A program made the translations under genes and the position numbers. From Blastocatellia bacterium (GTDB taxonomy: Bacteria; Acidobacteriota; Blastocatellia; UBA7656): a stretch of 64,000 bases of DNA. The stretch's first letter is position 1. The number at the start of each line of letters is the position of its first letter. The notes beneath the pieces are model-generated. The model saw only the letters and a list, made by a program, of their open reading frames with translations. It was not told the origin of the DNA and ran no database searches. Shown here piece by piece: positions 39,341 through 50,915 of the stretch. The stretch covers positions 32,001-96,000 of the forward strand of contig CAVXWP010000017.1 of assembly GCA_963765495.1 (NCBI GenBank), written 5' to 3'.

Positions 39341-40878
39341 ATTCTCAAATCGTGCCCGGTCATCTGTTGAGGTTTCGGGAGGCCGAGTATTGCAAGCATG
39401 GTCGGCGCTACGTCCTGTAGCGAGCCGCCTTCGCGCAATTTTCCGTGATAGCCATCTATCAGAATGAGCGGCACCAGATTCGTAGTGTGCGCCGTAAATA
39501 TGCCGCCCGTTCTTGGATCAATCATCTGTTCGGCGTTGCCGTGATCGGCGGTGATGATAACCGTGCCGCCTCGCGCGCGAATCGCATCAACGACCCGGCC
39601 TACGCATTCGTCAATCACCTCGATGGCTTTGACAGTGGCATCCATCGAGCCCGTGTGGCCTACCATATCGGCGTTGGCATAGTTGATGATGAAGACATCG
39701 AACTGATCGCTTTCGATCTCTTTGATCAAAGCGTCGGTGATTTCATAGGCGCTCATCTCGGGCTTCAGATCGTAAGTGGCCACCTTCTGTGAAGGAATCA
39801 ATATTCGCTTCTCGCCGGGGAAAGGCATTTCCACCCCGCCGTTGAAGAAGAAGGTCACGTGCGCGTATTTTTCGGTTTCGGCAATTCTCAGGTTCACGAG
39901 TCCGGCTTCGGCAAATACATCCGCCAGTATCTCGTCGTTATGGACCGGCCCAAAGGCAACCGGCAACGGAAAATCGCGGTCATAGATCGTCATGCAGGTA
40001 AAGCGAATGCCCGGACGCCTGCCGCGTTCAAATCCTGTGAAGTCCTCTTCGGTCAAAGCCCGCGTAATCTGCCGCGCGCGGTCTGCTCTAAAATTGAAAA
40101 AGATCACGCTGTCGCGGTCGGCAATTGTGGCTATCGGCTTTTCGTCATCGCCCGTTATCACTACGGGTTTGACGAATTCATCCGTCACACCTTCCCGATA
40201 AGATTCACGAATGGCGGCGACAGGATCGCGGGCCGGGCGGCCTTCGCCGTAAACCAGCAGCCGGTAAGCCTTCTCGATCCGGTCCCATCGTTTGTCTCGA
40301 TCCATCGCGTAGTAGCGGCCGATAATCGAAGCCACCTGCCCGATGCCGTATTCACTCATCCTCTCGATCAACTCTGCCACATAGCCCGCGCCCGAATCCG
40401 GCGCCGTATCACGTCCGTCGAGGAAGGCGTGAATATAGACTCGCTCCACGTTTCTGGATTTGGCCATCCTCAGCAGCGCGTAAAGATGTTCCTGCGACGA
40501 ATGGACGCCGCCGTGCGAGACCAGCCCGATCAGGTGCAGCAATGAATCGTTTTTCTTGGAATGTTCCATCGCGTTTATCAATTCCTGATTTTGATAAAAC
40601 GCGCCCGTTTCGATATCGTGATCGATGCGTGATACATCCATTCGGACTATGCGTCCCGCGCCTATGTTGAGGTGACCCACTTCGCTGTTTCCCATCTGCC
40701 CGGCAGGCAAACCAACAGCCTTGCCCGATGCTTCGATCAGCGTATGCGAATGCTTTTTGTACCACTCATCGAATCGCGGCGTGTGCGCCATCCGTATGGC
40801 GTTACCTCGCGATTCGGGCGAATGCCCAAACCCATCCAGCACTATCAAGGCCAACGGTGTATTCTTGACTTCGACCAA
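39331..40878 (-). CDS. gpmI: 2,3-BPG-independent phosphoglycerate mutase
   Basis: LIVLDGFG, QMGNSEVGH, GRYYAMDRD, AETEKYAHVT, NADMVGH, TADHGN, HT. Confidence 0.97.
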   Translation of the reverse strand: MVEVKNTPLALIVLDGFGHSPESRGNAIRMAHTPRFDEWYKKHSHTLIEASGKAVGLPAGQMGNSEVGHLNIGAGRIVRMDVSRIDHDIETGAFYQNQELINAMEHSKKNDSLLHLIGLVSHGGVHSSQEHLYALLRMAKSRNVERVYIHAFLDGRDTAPDSGAGYVAELIERMSEYGIGQVASIIGRYYAMDRDKRWDRIEKAYRLLVYGEGRPARDPVAAIRESYREGVTDEFVKPVVITGDDEKPIATIADRDSVIFFNFRADRARQITRALTEEDFTGFERGRRPGIRFTCMTIYDRDFPLPVAFGPVHNDEILADVFAEAGLVNLRIAETEKYAHVTFFFNGGVEMPFPGEKRILIPSQKVATYDLKPEMSAYEITDALIKEIESDQFDVFIINYANADMVGHTGSMDATVKAIEVIDECVGRVVDAIRARGGTVIITADHGNAEQMIDPRTGGIFTAHTTNLVPLILIDGYHGKLREGGSLQDVAPTMLAILGLPKPQQMTGHDLRIDA

Positions 40879-40904
40879 AGCTCTTCTCCCTCCTCAATGA
40901 GATT

Positions 40905-40955
40905 ACAGGCGACAGGCGACAGGAAAGATTACCTATTACCTGCTCCCTGCTCCCT
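40905..40955. repeat. Short heptamer cassette, ACAGGCG/CCTGCTC family
   Basis: ACAGGCG ACAGGCG ACAGG ... ACCTATT ACCTGCT CCCTGCT; encodes the methyltransferase tail EQGAGNR*. Confidence 0.6.
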
Positions 40956-41549
40956 CTCATCTGTCTTTACAACTTCCAGTTCGAAATAAATCTCTTTGCC
41001 GCGAATAAAAGCGTTGAAGTAATGCTCCCACCACTTGCGAAAGAATCGCAGGCGTGGATGAAACCGATCCAGGTTTATCAGAAATTCGAATCCGAGATAT
41101 TTCCAGAGGTTAAGCACCGTGATTCGCGCCGCGTGCTGGCGGAAACGGACCTCGGTGTAAAAAGGAAAGACGGCTTGCTCTTGAAGATTGCGAAACGAAT
41201 AACTGTTCAGATGATTGCGGTGAGTCAGGTCGGTTGCCCAGTCTGGATTCGTCCAGTGAGGCGTTACCAGCTTGACCATTCCTCCGTTGCGCGTGATTCG
41301 ATGAAGCTCGGCCATAACGGCCATCGGGTCGCGGACATGCTCTATCACATGCAGCCCCACGACTTCATCAAACTGGTCGGTCTCAAAAGGGTAAGGCAAT
41401 TCATCGAGGTCGTGAATGACATCGGCATTCGTGCGCGGATTGATGTCCATGCCAATCGCGCCGGGCGTCTTATTTATACCGCAGCCTATGTCGAGCACAC
41501 GCCGGGATGTGGCTGCCTGATCCACGCTTTTTATAACGCCTATTGTCAT
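40929..41549 (-). CDS. Class I SAM-dependent methyltransferase
   Basis: VLDIGCG, HDL...PYPF, HVIEH, ELHRI...G. Confidence 0.88.
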   Translation of the reverse strand: MTIGVIKSVDQAATSRRVLDIGCGINKTPGAIGMDINPRTNADVIHDLDELPYPFETDQFDEVVGLHVIEHVRDPMAVMAELHRITRNGGMVKLVTPHWTNPDWATDLTHRNHLNSYSFRNLQEQAVFPFYTEVRFRQHAARITVLNLWKYLGFEFLINLDRFHPRLRFFRKWWEHYFNAFIRGKEIYFELEVVKTDEREQGAGNR

Positions 41550-41557
41550 TTGTTTGT

Positions 41558-41668
41558 CTGATTCGTGATTCGTGATTCGTAATGCGTGATGCGTGACTAC
41601 AAGGCGGCCAGATTGTTAATGTTTACCTGCAAGCCCGATAAATCACGGATCACGGATCACGGATCACG
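41558..41668. repeat. Heptamer-armed cassette, GTGATGC family (core beta)
   Basis: 45-nt core at 41598-41642, 42/45 identical to the reverse complement of 44141-44185. Confidence 0.88.
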
Positions 41669-41669
41669 C

Positions 41670-42746
41670 TTATTCTTCACGCTCGCGTTTGTAAAATCCA
41701 CGCATCGCCTTATGTATTCTCTTTTCTCTTTCTTTTCGCGCCACCTGCGCCCTCGTATCCAGCCGCGTATCGAGATACTCTACTTCCTTACCCATCTTCT
41801 TGTAATTTTCGAACCTCTTGGCATCAAGCGAGCCTTCGCTCACGGCCTCTTTCACAGCGCAATGAGGCTCGTTTTCGTGTGCGCAATCGCTGAAACGGCA
41901 TCGGGCGGCGAGCCCCTCTATATCGGCAAACGTGTCGGCAAGCCCTTCGCCCACCTCCCACAACTGCAACTCGCGCATGCCGGGCGTATCTATGAGCAGG
42001 CCGCCCGAAGGCAGTATGATCAATTCCCGGTGGCGCGTGGTGTGCCGCCCGCGATCATCGCCTGCCCGCACCTCCTGAACCTTTTGCACGTCTCTGCCTA
42101 CCAGTCGATTTATGAGCGTCGATTTGCCTGCACCGCTTGAACCGAGAAAAGCAACCGTGATGCCGGTGGCCAGATACTGGCTCAACTGTTCGAGCCCCTG
42201 ATTCTGTTTCGAGCTTATTGCATGCACGGGCACATCCGGCGCGACTCGCGCAACCTCGTCCACTCTCTGCTCTACCGAGTCGCACAGATCGGCTTTGCTC
42301 AGGATGATGACCGGACGCGCACCGCTCTTCATCGCTACCGTCAGGTAACGCTCGATCCTCCTGAGGTTGTAATCATTGTCGAGCCCCTGCACCAGAAAGA
42401 CCGTATCAATATTCGTAGCGATGATCTGCTCTTCGGCGGTTGTGCCCGCAGCCTTTCGCGAAAAGGTGCTCTTTCTTGGAAGCACGGCGTGGATGAAAGC
42501 CCGATTCTCGCTCGCGTAGGCGGTGATTGCTACCCAATCGCCTACGGCCGGGAAGTCAGAGCGCGAGTCGGCCTGAAAATGAAACTTTCCAGTGACCTCC
42601 GCAAGCAGTTCATCGCCTTCGGTATAGACGCGATAGATGCCCGTATATTCGAGGGCTACCCGCGCGACCGTGTGGCCTTCGCTCCTGTAAGGCTCAAAGG
42701 CTTCTTCAAAGAAACTGTTCCAACCCAGGACTTCCAGATCAGGCAT
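41670..42746 (-). CDS. rsgA: Ribosome small subunit-dependent GTPase A
   Basis: PAVGDWV, SKADL, GSSGAGKSTLIN, GRHTT, DTPGMRE, CRFSDCAHENEPHC. Confidence 0.96.
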   Translation of the reverse strand: MPDLEVLGWNSFFEEAFEPYRSEGHTVARVALEYTGIYRVYTEGDELLAEVTGKFHFQADSRSDFPAVGDWVAITAYASENRAFIHAVLPRKSTFSRKAAGTTAEEQIIATNIDTVFLVQGLDNDYNLRRIERYLTVAMKSGARPVIILSKADLCDSVEQRVDEVARVAPDVPVHAISSKQNQGLEQLSQYLATGITVAFLGSSGAGKSTLINRLVGRDVQKVQEVRAGDDRGRHTTRHRELIILPSGGLLIDTPGMRELQLWEVGEGLADTFADIEGLAARCRFSDCAHENEPHCAVKEAVSEGSLDAKRFENYKKMGKEVEYLDTRLDTRAQVARKEREKRIHKAMRGFYKREREE

Positions 42747-42752
42747 ACCATT

Positions 42753-44200
<1,448 letters not shown>

Positions 44201-44212
<12 letters not shown>

Positions 44213-45556
44213 TATGATAAACATTGGCGTTGCCGAGCCGCCGCCTGCCGTCACATTTAACAGCGCGAGGCTCGAAAGGCGCACGCCACAACCCTCGATC
44301 CGCTCACCGTTCCACACGTAGGGGTCGAGGTCATAATAGCGTTCGTCAAAACGAAGGTTGCCTTCGATAAGACTCGGATAGGTCTCTCGTCCGAGCGGCA
44401 CGCGCTCCTGCACCAGATAAGAAGTGCCGAGCGCGCCTTCAAGCGCCACACCCCACGCCGCTTCGTCCATCTCCCAGCCGAGCGCCACTCCCTTGCCGCC
44501 GTATTCGCCGTTGGGCTTTAAGACAAACCTCTCACGGTTCTCAGCGATAAAAGGAATCAGATCAACCGTCATATCTCGATAGGCGGTCTTGCACTCACGA
44601 ACCTTTCGAGTCCACGGAATATGGCGACCGAGAGCCTGTAGAATTTCGGGCTCGAACAGGTATGCGTAAGTGGGGTCGCTCAACAGCGCAAAGGGCGATT
44701 TCTTGTTGAGCATATGAACGCCAAACCCGTTTGCCATGCAGACAGCCCCGTCGCGCACAGCTTCGATCATCGGATGGCCGAGGCCGTATTTTGCCAGAAG
44801 CTCCTGAACCACCACCCGTTTGTAAATCAGATCAACCGGGAAATCCTCTATAAACAACCGCCCGTTGCGATATTCCAACTCATCAGGGTCGGCAATCCTG
44901 ACCGGGCACCCGTGAGACTCGAACTCTTCCCGCATAAGGAGGAATTCGCTGTAAGTGCTTACGCCGCGCCAGTCTATTATAGCGATATTCGGCAGCCCCT
45001 TCCCGCCCCAGCGATGGTAAACGCCAAGCAGAGCATCGAAGACGAATGTGCGAATCGGAAGTGACCGAATATTATACCGCCCGCCGAATTCCTGCATTAT
45101 CGGCATCTGGCCGAAAACGTTTCCAAGCGCATCGCCGTAGCCAAGCCCGCCCGGGCTTTCGGCGTTGTACTCTACGAAATGGAAATCGCCCTCCGCGCTC
45201 AAAAATCCATCGAGGCGACCGCTCACATCGGGCGGCCCGTACCGCGTGGCGATCTGTGAAATCGCTTCTTCTTCGGGCGTCAGATCGAGTTCCCGCCTTA
45301 GCCGGTCGTCAACAAACAGGCGGCGAGCGAGTTTCGCAATTCCAAGCATCACAAACGTAGAAGCGTGCACGACCGATTCATATCTGGCTTCGTCTATGAA
45401 AAAGGGCCGCAACACACTGCAAACCGGTCGCGAGCCAAAAGCGAGCATCTTGCGCTCTGTAGCCTGAGCAAGCAACTCAACAGTGCTCTCAAGGTAACGA
45501 CCTGCCAGCAGTTCGTGATAATAATCAATCGCATCTGTCACGGAAATAGGATTCAT
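44201..45556 (-). CDS. Circularly permuted ATP-grasp (type 2 / glutathionylspermidine synthase-like) peptide ligase
   Basis: RLDGF...FVEYNAESPGG, DLIYKR, PWTR, VLKPNGEYGGKGV.LG, VQERV, NVTAGGG. Confidence 0.8.
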
Positions 45557-45563
45557 AAATTAG

Positions 45564-45680
45564 GAATGGATGAAGGAAGAAGGATGGGGGCACTACATAA
45601 TCATAAAGGCAGTTTCCCAATCACTATGATGATTACCCACAGTCTTTTTCATCCCTCATCCCTCATCCCTCATCCCTTCA
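45564..45680. repeat. Heptamer-armed cassette, GGGATGA family
   Basis: Degenerate left arm, core, then CACAGTCTTTT(TCATCCC)x4; shares the core end with the 26101-26259 copy. Confidence 0.8.
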
Positions 45681-46599
45681 AAAGTTCTTCCCATCGATAC
45701 GAGGGACGATGAGCGGCGGCGTTTTTTGCGCGCTCGATCACAAGGTTTGCCATCTGGTTGACTACCCACGGAAAATAGACCTCCGTAAGCGATGAGATGT
45801 CGAAGTCAGGCGCTGAATTCATGAAGTCTATCGCGTAAGGTATCCGGTCGCGCACGCCGAATTCGATAGTATTCATATCGTAGCCGAGCGCCTCGTTGAT
45901 CTTGATCGCGTCGGTTCGTATGCGCTCGGTGAGCGCCTGGTCAAGCGCCTGATCGACGCCCCTGTACCGCTCAAAATGCGATTTTCGCGGGTCCCAGTTT
46001 GTGATATTGATATTGGTCTTGCCCACGCAGAGGCAGCGCACATAATGCTCCCACTCGATAAACTCCTGCAACATCATGCAAAGTCTGCCGGTCTGATTAT
46101 AAATTGAAATCAACTGTTCCACCGAATCTATGCGATGCACATCTTTCCACCCGCCGCCCCAGTGGGGTTTGAGTATCGCGGGCAGACCCGTGTACTCGGT
46201 CATGGCTTGCCAGTCGAGCGGGGCTTTCAGGTTGCTGAGGCTTTCGGAAATTATCCCTTCAGGGTATGAATGCGAAGGAATTATGAGCGTACGAGGCACG
46301 CTGACGCCGAGATGTTGAACCAGTTTCGTGCCAAAGAATTTATCGTCGGCAAGACGCCAGAACGGGTTATTGATGATTACAGCGCCCGACAGCGCCGCAG
46401 CTTTTAGAAACGGCTGATAAAAGACTACCTCGTGCGATATGCGATCAATGATGACCTGATAAGGACAATCCTCTTCGGTAGTGAAATGGCCGATTTTGAT
46501 GTATTCGGCCTTGACTCCCGCGTTGCGGCTATTGACTTCTTCGATGAGCGCGTCGGGAAATGAACGTTCGCGCCCCACCAGCAATCCTACTTTTAACAT
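45670..46599 (-). CDS. ATP-grasp (RimK/glutathione synthetase-like) ligase
   Basis: IIDRISH, INNPFW..DDKF, LKPHWGGGWKDV, LQEFI, TIEF...YAIDFMN. ATG 46599 with RBS GGAGG. Confidence 0.85.
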   Translation of the reverse strand: MLKVGLLVGRERSFPDALIEEVNSRNAGVKAEYIKIGHFTTEEDCPYQVIIDRISHEVVFYQPFLKAAALSGAVIINNPFWRLADDKFFGTKLVQHLGVSVPRTLIIPSHSYPEGIISESLSNLKAPLDWQAMTEYTGLPAILKPHWGGGWKDVHRIDSVEQLISIYNQTGRLCMMLQEFIEWEHYVRCLCVGKTNINITNWDPRKSHFERYRGVDQALDQALTERIRTDAIKINEALGYDMNTIEFGVRDRIPYAIDFMNSAPDFDISSLTEVYFPWVVNQMANLVIERAKNAAAHRPSYRWEELLKG

Positions 46600-46814
46600 C
46601 CCTGTGTTCCTCCAATAGGGTCGAAGCCTATTGCCTATAGAGCGAATACTGAACGGCCCGCGCAAAAACAAACGGCAAGTATAACAAAGCCCCGCTGACT
46701 TGCGAAAGCTCGACGCGCATCGCTATAGTGTCAATTTGCGAGGCTGTAATGCTTAAATCAAGTGATTGAGAATTCGATTCATAGTCATCACACTACGCCT
46801 CAGATTGCCAAATT

Positions 46815-47648
46815 ATGGATAAGATAGAAATCACGCTAGGACACAGCCCTGACCCGGATGATGCCTTCATGTTCTACGCCCTTGCGCGCGACCTGATAGA
46901 CACCGAGGGGTTAAAGTTTCGTCACATCATCGAGGACATCGAAACACTAAATCACCGCGCAATGAATGCCGAACTCGATGTGACGGCGGTATCGATTCAC
47001 GCCTACGCTTACGTGCTTGACCAGTACGCCCTGCTGACCTCGGGCGCGTCTATGGGCGATAATTACGGCCCCCTGGTCGTAGCCCGCAAGCCTATGGAAA
47101 TCAATCAGTTACGCGACGTAACCATTGCGGTTCCCGGCAAGATGACCACTGCCTATCTTGCCTTGCGCCTTTGCATAGGAGATGGCCCGACAAAGGTAAT
47201 TCCGTTTGATCAGATCATGGATGCGGTCGAGCGGGGCGAGGCAGAGGCGGGGCTTTTGATTCACGAAGGCCAGTTGACCTATAGCGCGGCCGGGTTTGAA
47301 AAGGTGATTGACCTGGGCGAATGGTGGAAAGATGAAACCGGGCTGCCGCTTCCTCTCGGCGGCAATGCCATCAGGAAGACGCTTGGGCCTGAGCTTATCG
47401 AAAAAATCTCGCGGCTCCTACGCCAATCAATAGAATACGGGCTCGAGCACCGCGAGGCAGCCGTCCGCCACTCTCAGGCATACGCGCGCGGGATGGAGAC
47501 CGGCCTGACCGATAAATTTGTCGGAATGTATGTAAATGACTACACCATAGATTACGGCGAACAGGGCCGCGAGGCTGTACGATTATTGCTCAAACGCGCG
47601 CACGAAGCGGGTATAATTCCCCGCCCCGTTCAGTTGGAATTCGCCTGA
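46815..47648 (+). CDS. mqnD: 1,4-dihydroxy-6-naphthoate synthase (futalosine menaquinone pathway)
   Basis: GHSPDPDDAFMF, DIETLN, GLLIHEGQLT, DLGEWW..TGLPLPLG, MYVN. Confidence 0.9.
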   Translation: MDKIEITLGHSPDPDDAFMFYALARDLIDTEGLKFRHIIEDIETLNHRAMNAELDVTAVSIHAYAYVLDQYALLTSGASMGDNYGPLVVARKPMEINQLRDVTIAVPGKMTTAYLALRLCIGDGPTKVIPFDQIMDAVERGEAEAGLLIHEGQLTYSAAGFEKVIDLGEWWKDETGLPLPLGGNAIRKTLGPELIEKISRLLRQSIEYGLEHREAAVRHSQAYARGMETGLTDKFVGMYVNDYTIDYGEQGREAVRLLLKRAHEAGIIPRPVQLEFA

Positions 47649-47899
47649 ATTATAGTAACAAAATCAGTCATACCGTTTTCCAAAACTGTAACAGAGGACT
47701 TCACTGTAAGCACCGCCCCGAGTCATTCGCGGTATGCCTGTTTTCTGTTTTTCAACATTTGCGCGCGTTTTTGTTTGTCCGGCTTTACTGGTACGACAGT
47801 TGCAGAGTTATAACGTTGTCGGGGGCAACGGTTGTACTTATTTTTTTACAACTTGCCGGGCCTGTAGAATATTATTTTTATACGTTGTGGATGTGGATC

Positions 47900-48340
47900 A
47901 TGAAGCCTAAGCGCAAGAACAGAATACTTTTGGTGGAGGACGATGCAGACACGCGATACGCGATGGCGCTACTTTTCGAACTGGAGGGGTTTGAAGTAGA
48001 GACTGCTGGAGACGGCAAGGAAGCCTATCTGACCGCCCACAGAAAGAGGCCCGATCTTATAGTAACCGACATAAATATGCCGAACGTTAGCGGGCTGGAC
48101 CTTATAAAGCTAATCAAGGAAGATGATGAGCTGGCCTCGGTGCCTATAATCGCCATGAGCGCGGTCGAGCGAAAGCAATTGAATCGGGCCAGAGAGCTTG
48201 GGGCAATCGCCGTTTATGAAAAGCCCATACAATTCGATCAATTTCTGGGCTTGATCGCGGGCCTCGTATCGGCGCGGCACAGTCGCGGACGCGCGCAGAT
48301 GTTACTCGATTCCCAACCTTTCAATGGCCGTTCATATTGA
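47900..48340 (+). CDS. Single-domain response regulator (receiver)
   Basis: ILLVEDD, PDLIVTDINMPNVSG, MSA, KP. Start uncertain (47891 or 47900). Confidence 0.88.
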   Translation: MKPKRKNRILLVEDDADTRYAMALLFELEGFEVETAGDGKEAYLTAHRKRPDLIVTDINMPNVSGLDLIKLIKEDDELASVPIIAMSAVERKQLNRARELGAIAVYEKPIQFDQFLGLIAGLVSARHSRGRAQMLLDSQPFNGRSY

Positions 48341-48434
48341 AACGTGAAGCGTGATTCGTGGATTAAGCACTATCTCTATTAACAATCAAAATCCTAAAAG
48401 TCACGAATCACGCTTCACTCTTCACTCTTCACTC
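48337..48434. repeat. Heptamer-armed cassette, GTGATGC family
   Basis: Both convergent genes stop inside the arms (TGA at 48338-48340 and 48429-48431). Confidence 0.8.
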
Positions 48435-49586
48435 TCTAAATTTCTTGAGCAGTTCCCGCGCGATAATCATTCGCTGAATCTGATTGGTTCCTTCGACTAT
48501 CTGAGTGATCTTCGCTTCGCGAAACAGCGCCTGCACGGGATAGTCCTCGCTCGTGCCGTACCCGCCATAAATCTGTACAGCATCGGTAGTCACTTTCATC
48601 GCCGTGTCGGTTGCCAGCAATTTGGCCATAGAGGCTACGGCATTAAACGGCAATCCGTGGTCTCTGAGATAAGCCGCCTTGCGAGTCACGCAGCGCGCGG
48701 CTTCGATAGAGGCGGCCATGTCGGCAAGCATGAATTGTATGCCCTGAAATTCGGCTATCGGATGGCCAAAGGCGTTACGCTCGGTCGAATATCTGAGCGC
48801 GTGATCGAATGCCGCCTGCGCAAGCCCGAGCGAAGTCGCGGCTACCGTGATGCGGCCTGAATCGAGCGCAGTCATCGCCACGCGGAACCCTTCGCCTTCC
48901 CGGCCTACCAGATTTTCGCGCGGTATCTCGCAATCTTCAAAAAAGACCTCCCGCGTGTGATGCGGCAGTCCCATAGGCCGTTCGCGCTTGCCAAAGGCCA
49001 GACCCGGCGCGTTCTTTTCCACTATAAACGAAGAGACCCCTTTAGCGCCTTTCCCCTTTTCAGTCACAGCCATCACTATGTATAGGTCTGCTTCGCCGCC
49101 GTGCGTGATCCAGATTTTCTGCCCGCGAAGGATATACTTATCGCCTCGAAGTTCGGCGCGGGTGTTGATGGATGCAGCGTCGGACCCGGCCTGCGGCTCG
49201 GTCAGCGCGAACGCGCCCAGTAATTCAGCCGAGGCCATCGCGGGCAAATACCTGCGCTTCTGAGCCTCGGTGCCGAAATGATTCAAAATGAGTTGAGGCA
49301 GTCCGTGAACCGCGAGCACCCCGCCAAGATGGCTGCCCAGCCGCGAAAGCTCTTCGAGCACCACGATATAGGTAGAGTAATCCAGCCCGCCTCCGCCGTA
49401 CTCCGAGGGAAAAGGTATGGCGGCAATGCCGAGCGCGCCAAGCTGTCGAAACAGGGGCCAGGGAAATTCTTCGTGCCCGTTATTTTCAAAATAAGGATTG
49501 ACATCGCCCTCGACGAATTGCTCTACCATCCGCCGCAATTGCTCTTGCTCTTCCGTAAGCAGATAATCCATCATCTCCTCCGTCAC
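48429..49586 (-). CDS. Acyl-CoA dehydrogenase
   Basis: FALTEPQAGSD, GQKIWIT, AFG.PI..FQ, QIYGGYG, IVEGTNQIQR. Confidence 0.95.
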   Translation of the reverse strand: MTEEMMDYLLTEEQEQLRRMVEQFVEGDVNPYFENNGHEEFPWPLFRQLGALGIAAIPFPSEYGGGGLDYSTYIVVLEELSRLGSHLGGVLAVHGLPQLILNHFGTEAQKRRYLPAMASAELLGAFALTEPQAGSDAASINTRAELRGDKYILRGQKIWITHGGEADLYIVMAVTEKGKGAKGVSSFIVEKNAPGLAFGKRERPMGLPHHTREVFFEDCEIPRENLVGREGEGFRVAMTALDSGRITVAATSLGLAQAAFDHALRYSTERNAFGHPIAEFQGIQFMLADMAASIEAARCVTRKAAYLRDHGLPFNAVASMAKLLATDTAMKVTTDAVQIYGGYGTSEDYPVQALFREAKITQIVEGTNQIQRMIIARELLKKFRE

Positions 49587-49603
49587 ATCTCTTGTAATGA
49601 CAT

Positions 49604-50785
49604 TCAGCCTTTTACTATCCCGGATTCACTCAGTCTTGACCGTTCCGCCTCGCTGATTCCAAGTTCGGCCAGCAATTCATAGGTATGCTCTCCGAGCGCG
49701 GGCGATAGTCGAGCGAGTGTCGGGGGAGTCTCGCTCAACCTGTATGCATATCCCAATTGTCTGACCGCGCCTTCCGTAGGATGATCGACATCGAAAGTCA
49801 TTTCGCGGGCGCGGGTCTGCGCGTGTTCGAATGCCTCGGCTAAAGAGAGCACCGGCTCGCAGCAGGCATCCGCCTCCGCCATGATCTCGATCCACTCGGC
49901 TTGAGTTTTTGATTTAAAGATGCGACTCACCTCTTCAAATAATTCTTTGCGCGCATCATTCGAATCGAATTGTCGCGCAATCAAATCTTCTCGATTTACA
50001 ACGCGGCAAAAACCGGCCCAGAACTTTGGCTCAAGCGCGCCAAGCGACATGAAACGCCCGTCGCTTGTCTCATAGACGTTGTAAAACGGGTACGCGCCCG
50101 AGAGCGTGTACTTCCCACCCACTCGAATGCTTTTGCCCGCAAATTCCTGAGCGGCAGGTACGGGCAGCATCGCAAGCAGCACATCGAACATGGATACGTC
50201 AACGTACTGCCCGCGACCCGTCTGGTTGCGGGCAAGCAGCGCGGCAAGTATGGCGAAGGCGGCTATCATTCCGCCCGCCAGGTCAGCTATCTGTGTGCCC
50301 GGAATGACCGGCTTTCCCCGCTCGTCCGTAGTGAGCCCGAGCAGACCCGACAGCGCCAGATAATTCAAATCATGCCCGCTGCGCGCGCGATGAGGCCCGT
50401 CCTGTCCAAACCCTGAAAGCGAACAATAAACCGCGCGCGGATTCACCTCCACGACATCCGCGTAACCTATACCGAGACGGTCAACCACACCGGGGCGAAA
50501 CTGCTCAAGCACTACATCCGAGGTGGCGGCCAGCTTCAAAAAAATATCGCGCCCCTCGCTTTGTTTGAGGTTCAGGGCTATCGATTTTTTATTCCTGTTG
50601 ACCTGAACGAAGGCGGCGCTCTGCTGATTTATTATCGGCTGAGAGTGCCGCGTAGGGTCTCCGGTTTTGGGTTCCTCTACCTTGATGACCTCCGCGCCGA
50701 GATCGCCCAGCATCATCGAGCAATAAGGCCCCGGCAACATGCGCGACAGATCAAGCACGCGAACGCCTTCTAATGCTTTCAGCAT
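49604..50785 (-). CDS. CaiB/BaiF family III CoA-transferase
   Basis: VLDLSR.LPGP, GAEVIKVE, NRNKKS, FRPGV, GHDLNY, LGEHT. Confidence 0.95.
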   Translation of the reverse strand: MLKALEGVRVLDLSRMLPGPYCSMMLGDLGAEVIKVEEPKTGDPTRHSQPIINQQSAAFVQVNRNKKSIALNLKQSEGRDIFLKLAATSDVVLEQFRPGVVDRLGIGYADVVEVNPRAVYCSLSGFGQDGPHRARSGHDLNYLALSGLLGLTTDERGKPVIPGTQIADLAGGMIAAFAILAALLARNQTGRGQYVDVSMFDVLLAMLPVPAAQEFAGKSIRVGGKYTLSGAYPFYNVYETSDGRFMSLGALEPKFWAGFCRVVNREDLIARQFDSNDARKELFEEVSRIFKSKTQAEWIEIMAEADACCEPVLSLAEAFEHAQTRAREMTFDVDHPTEGAVRQLGYAYRLSETPPTLARLSPALGEHTYELLAELGISEAERSRLSESGIVKG

Positions 50786-50879
50786 CTGTCCCCCTGATTA
50801 TTTTTCAACCTATCTTTCAATTACCGCCATACTACATCAGATCAAAGCCATCACCAAAAGCGATGTTTGGCTGAGAGTC

Positions 50880-50915
50880 CTTTTCATCATTCACCCCTTC
50901 AGCCCTCATCCCTCA
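50880..50915. repeat. Degenerate TCATCCC heptamer arm
   Basis: CTTTTCATCATTCACCCCTTCAGCCCTCATCCCTCA; contains the GT2 stop codon. Confidence 0.55.
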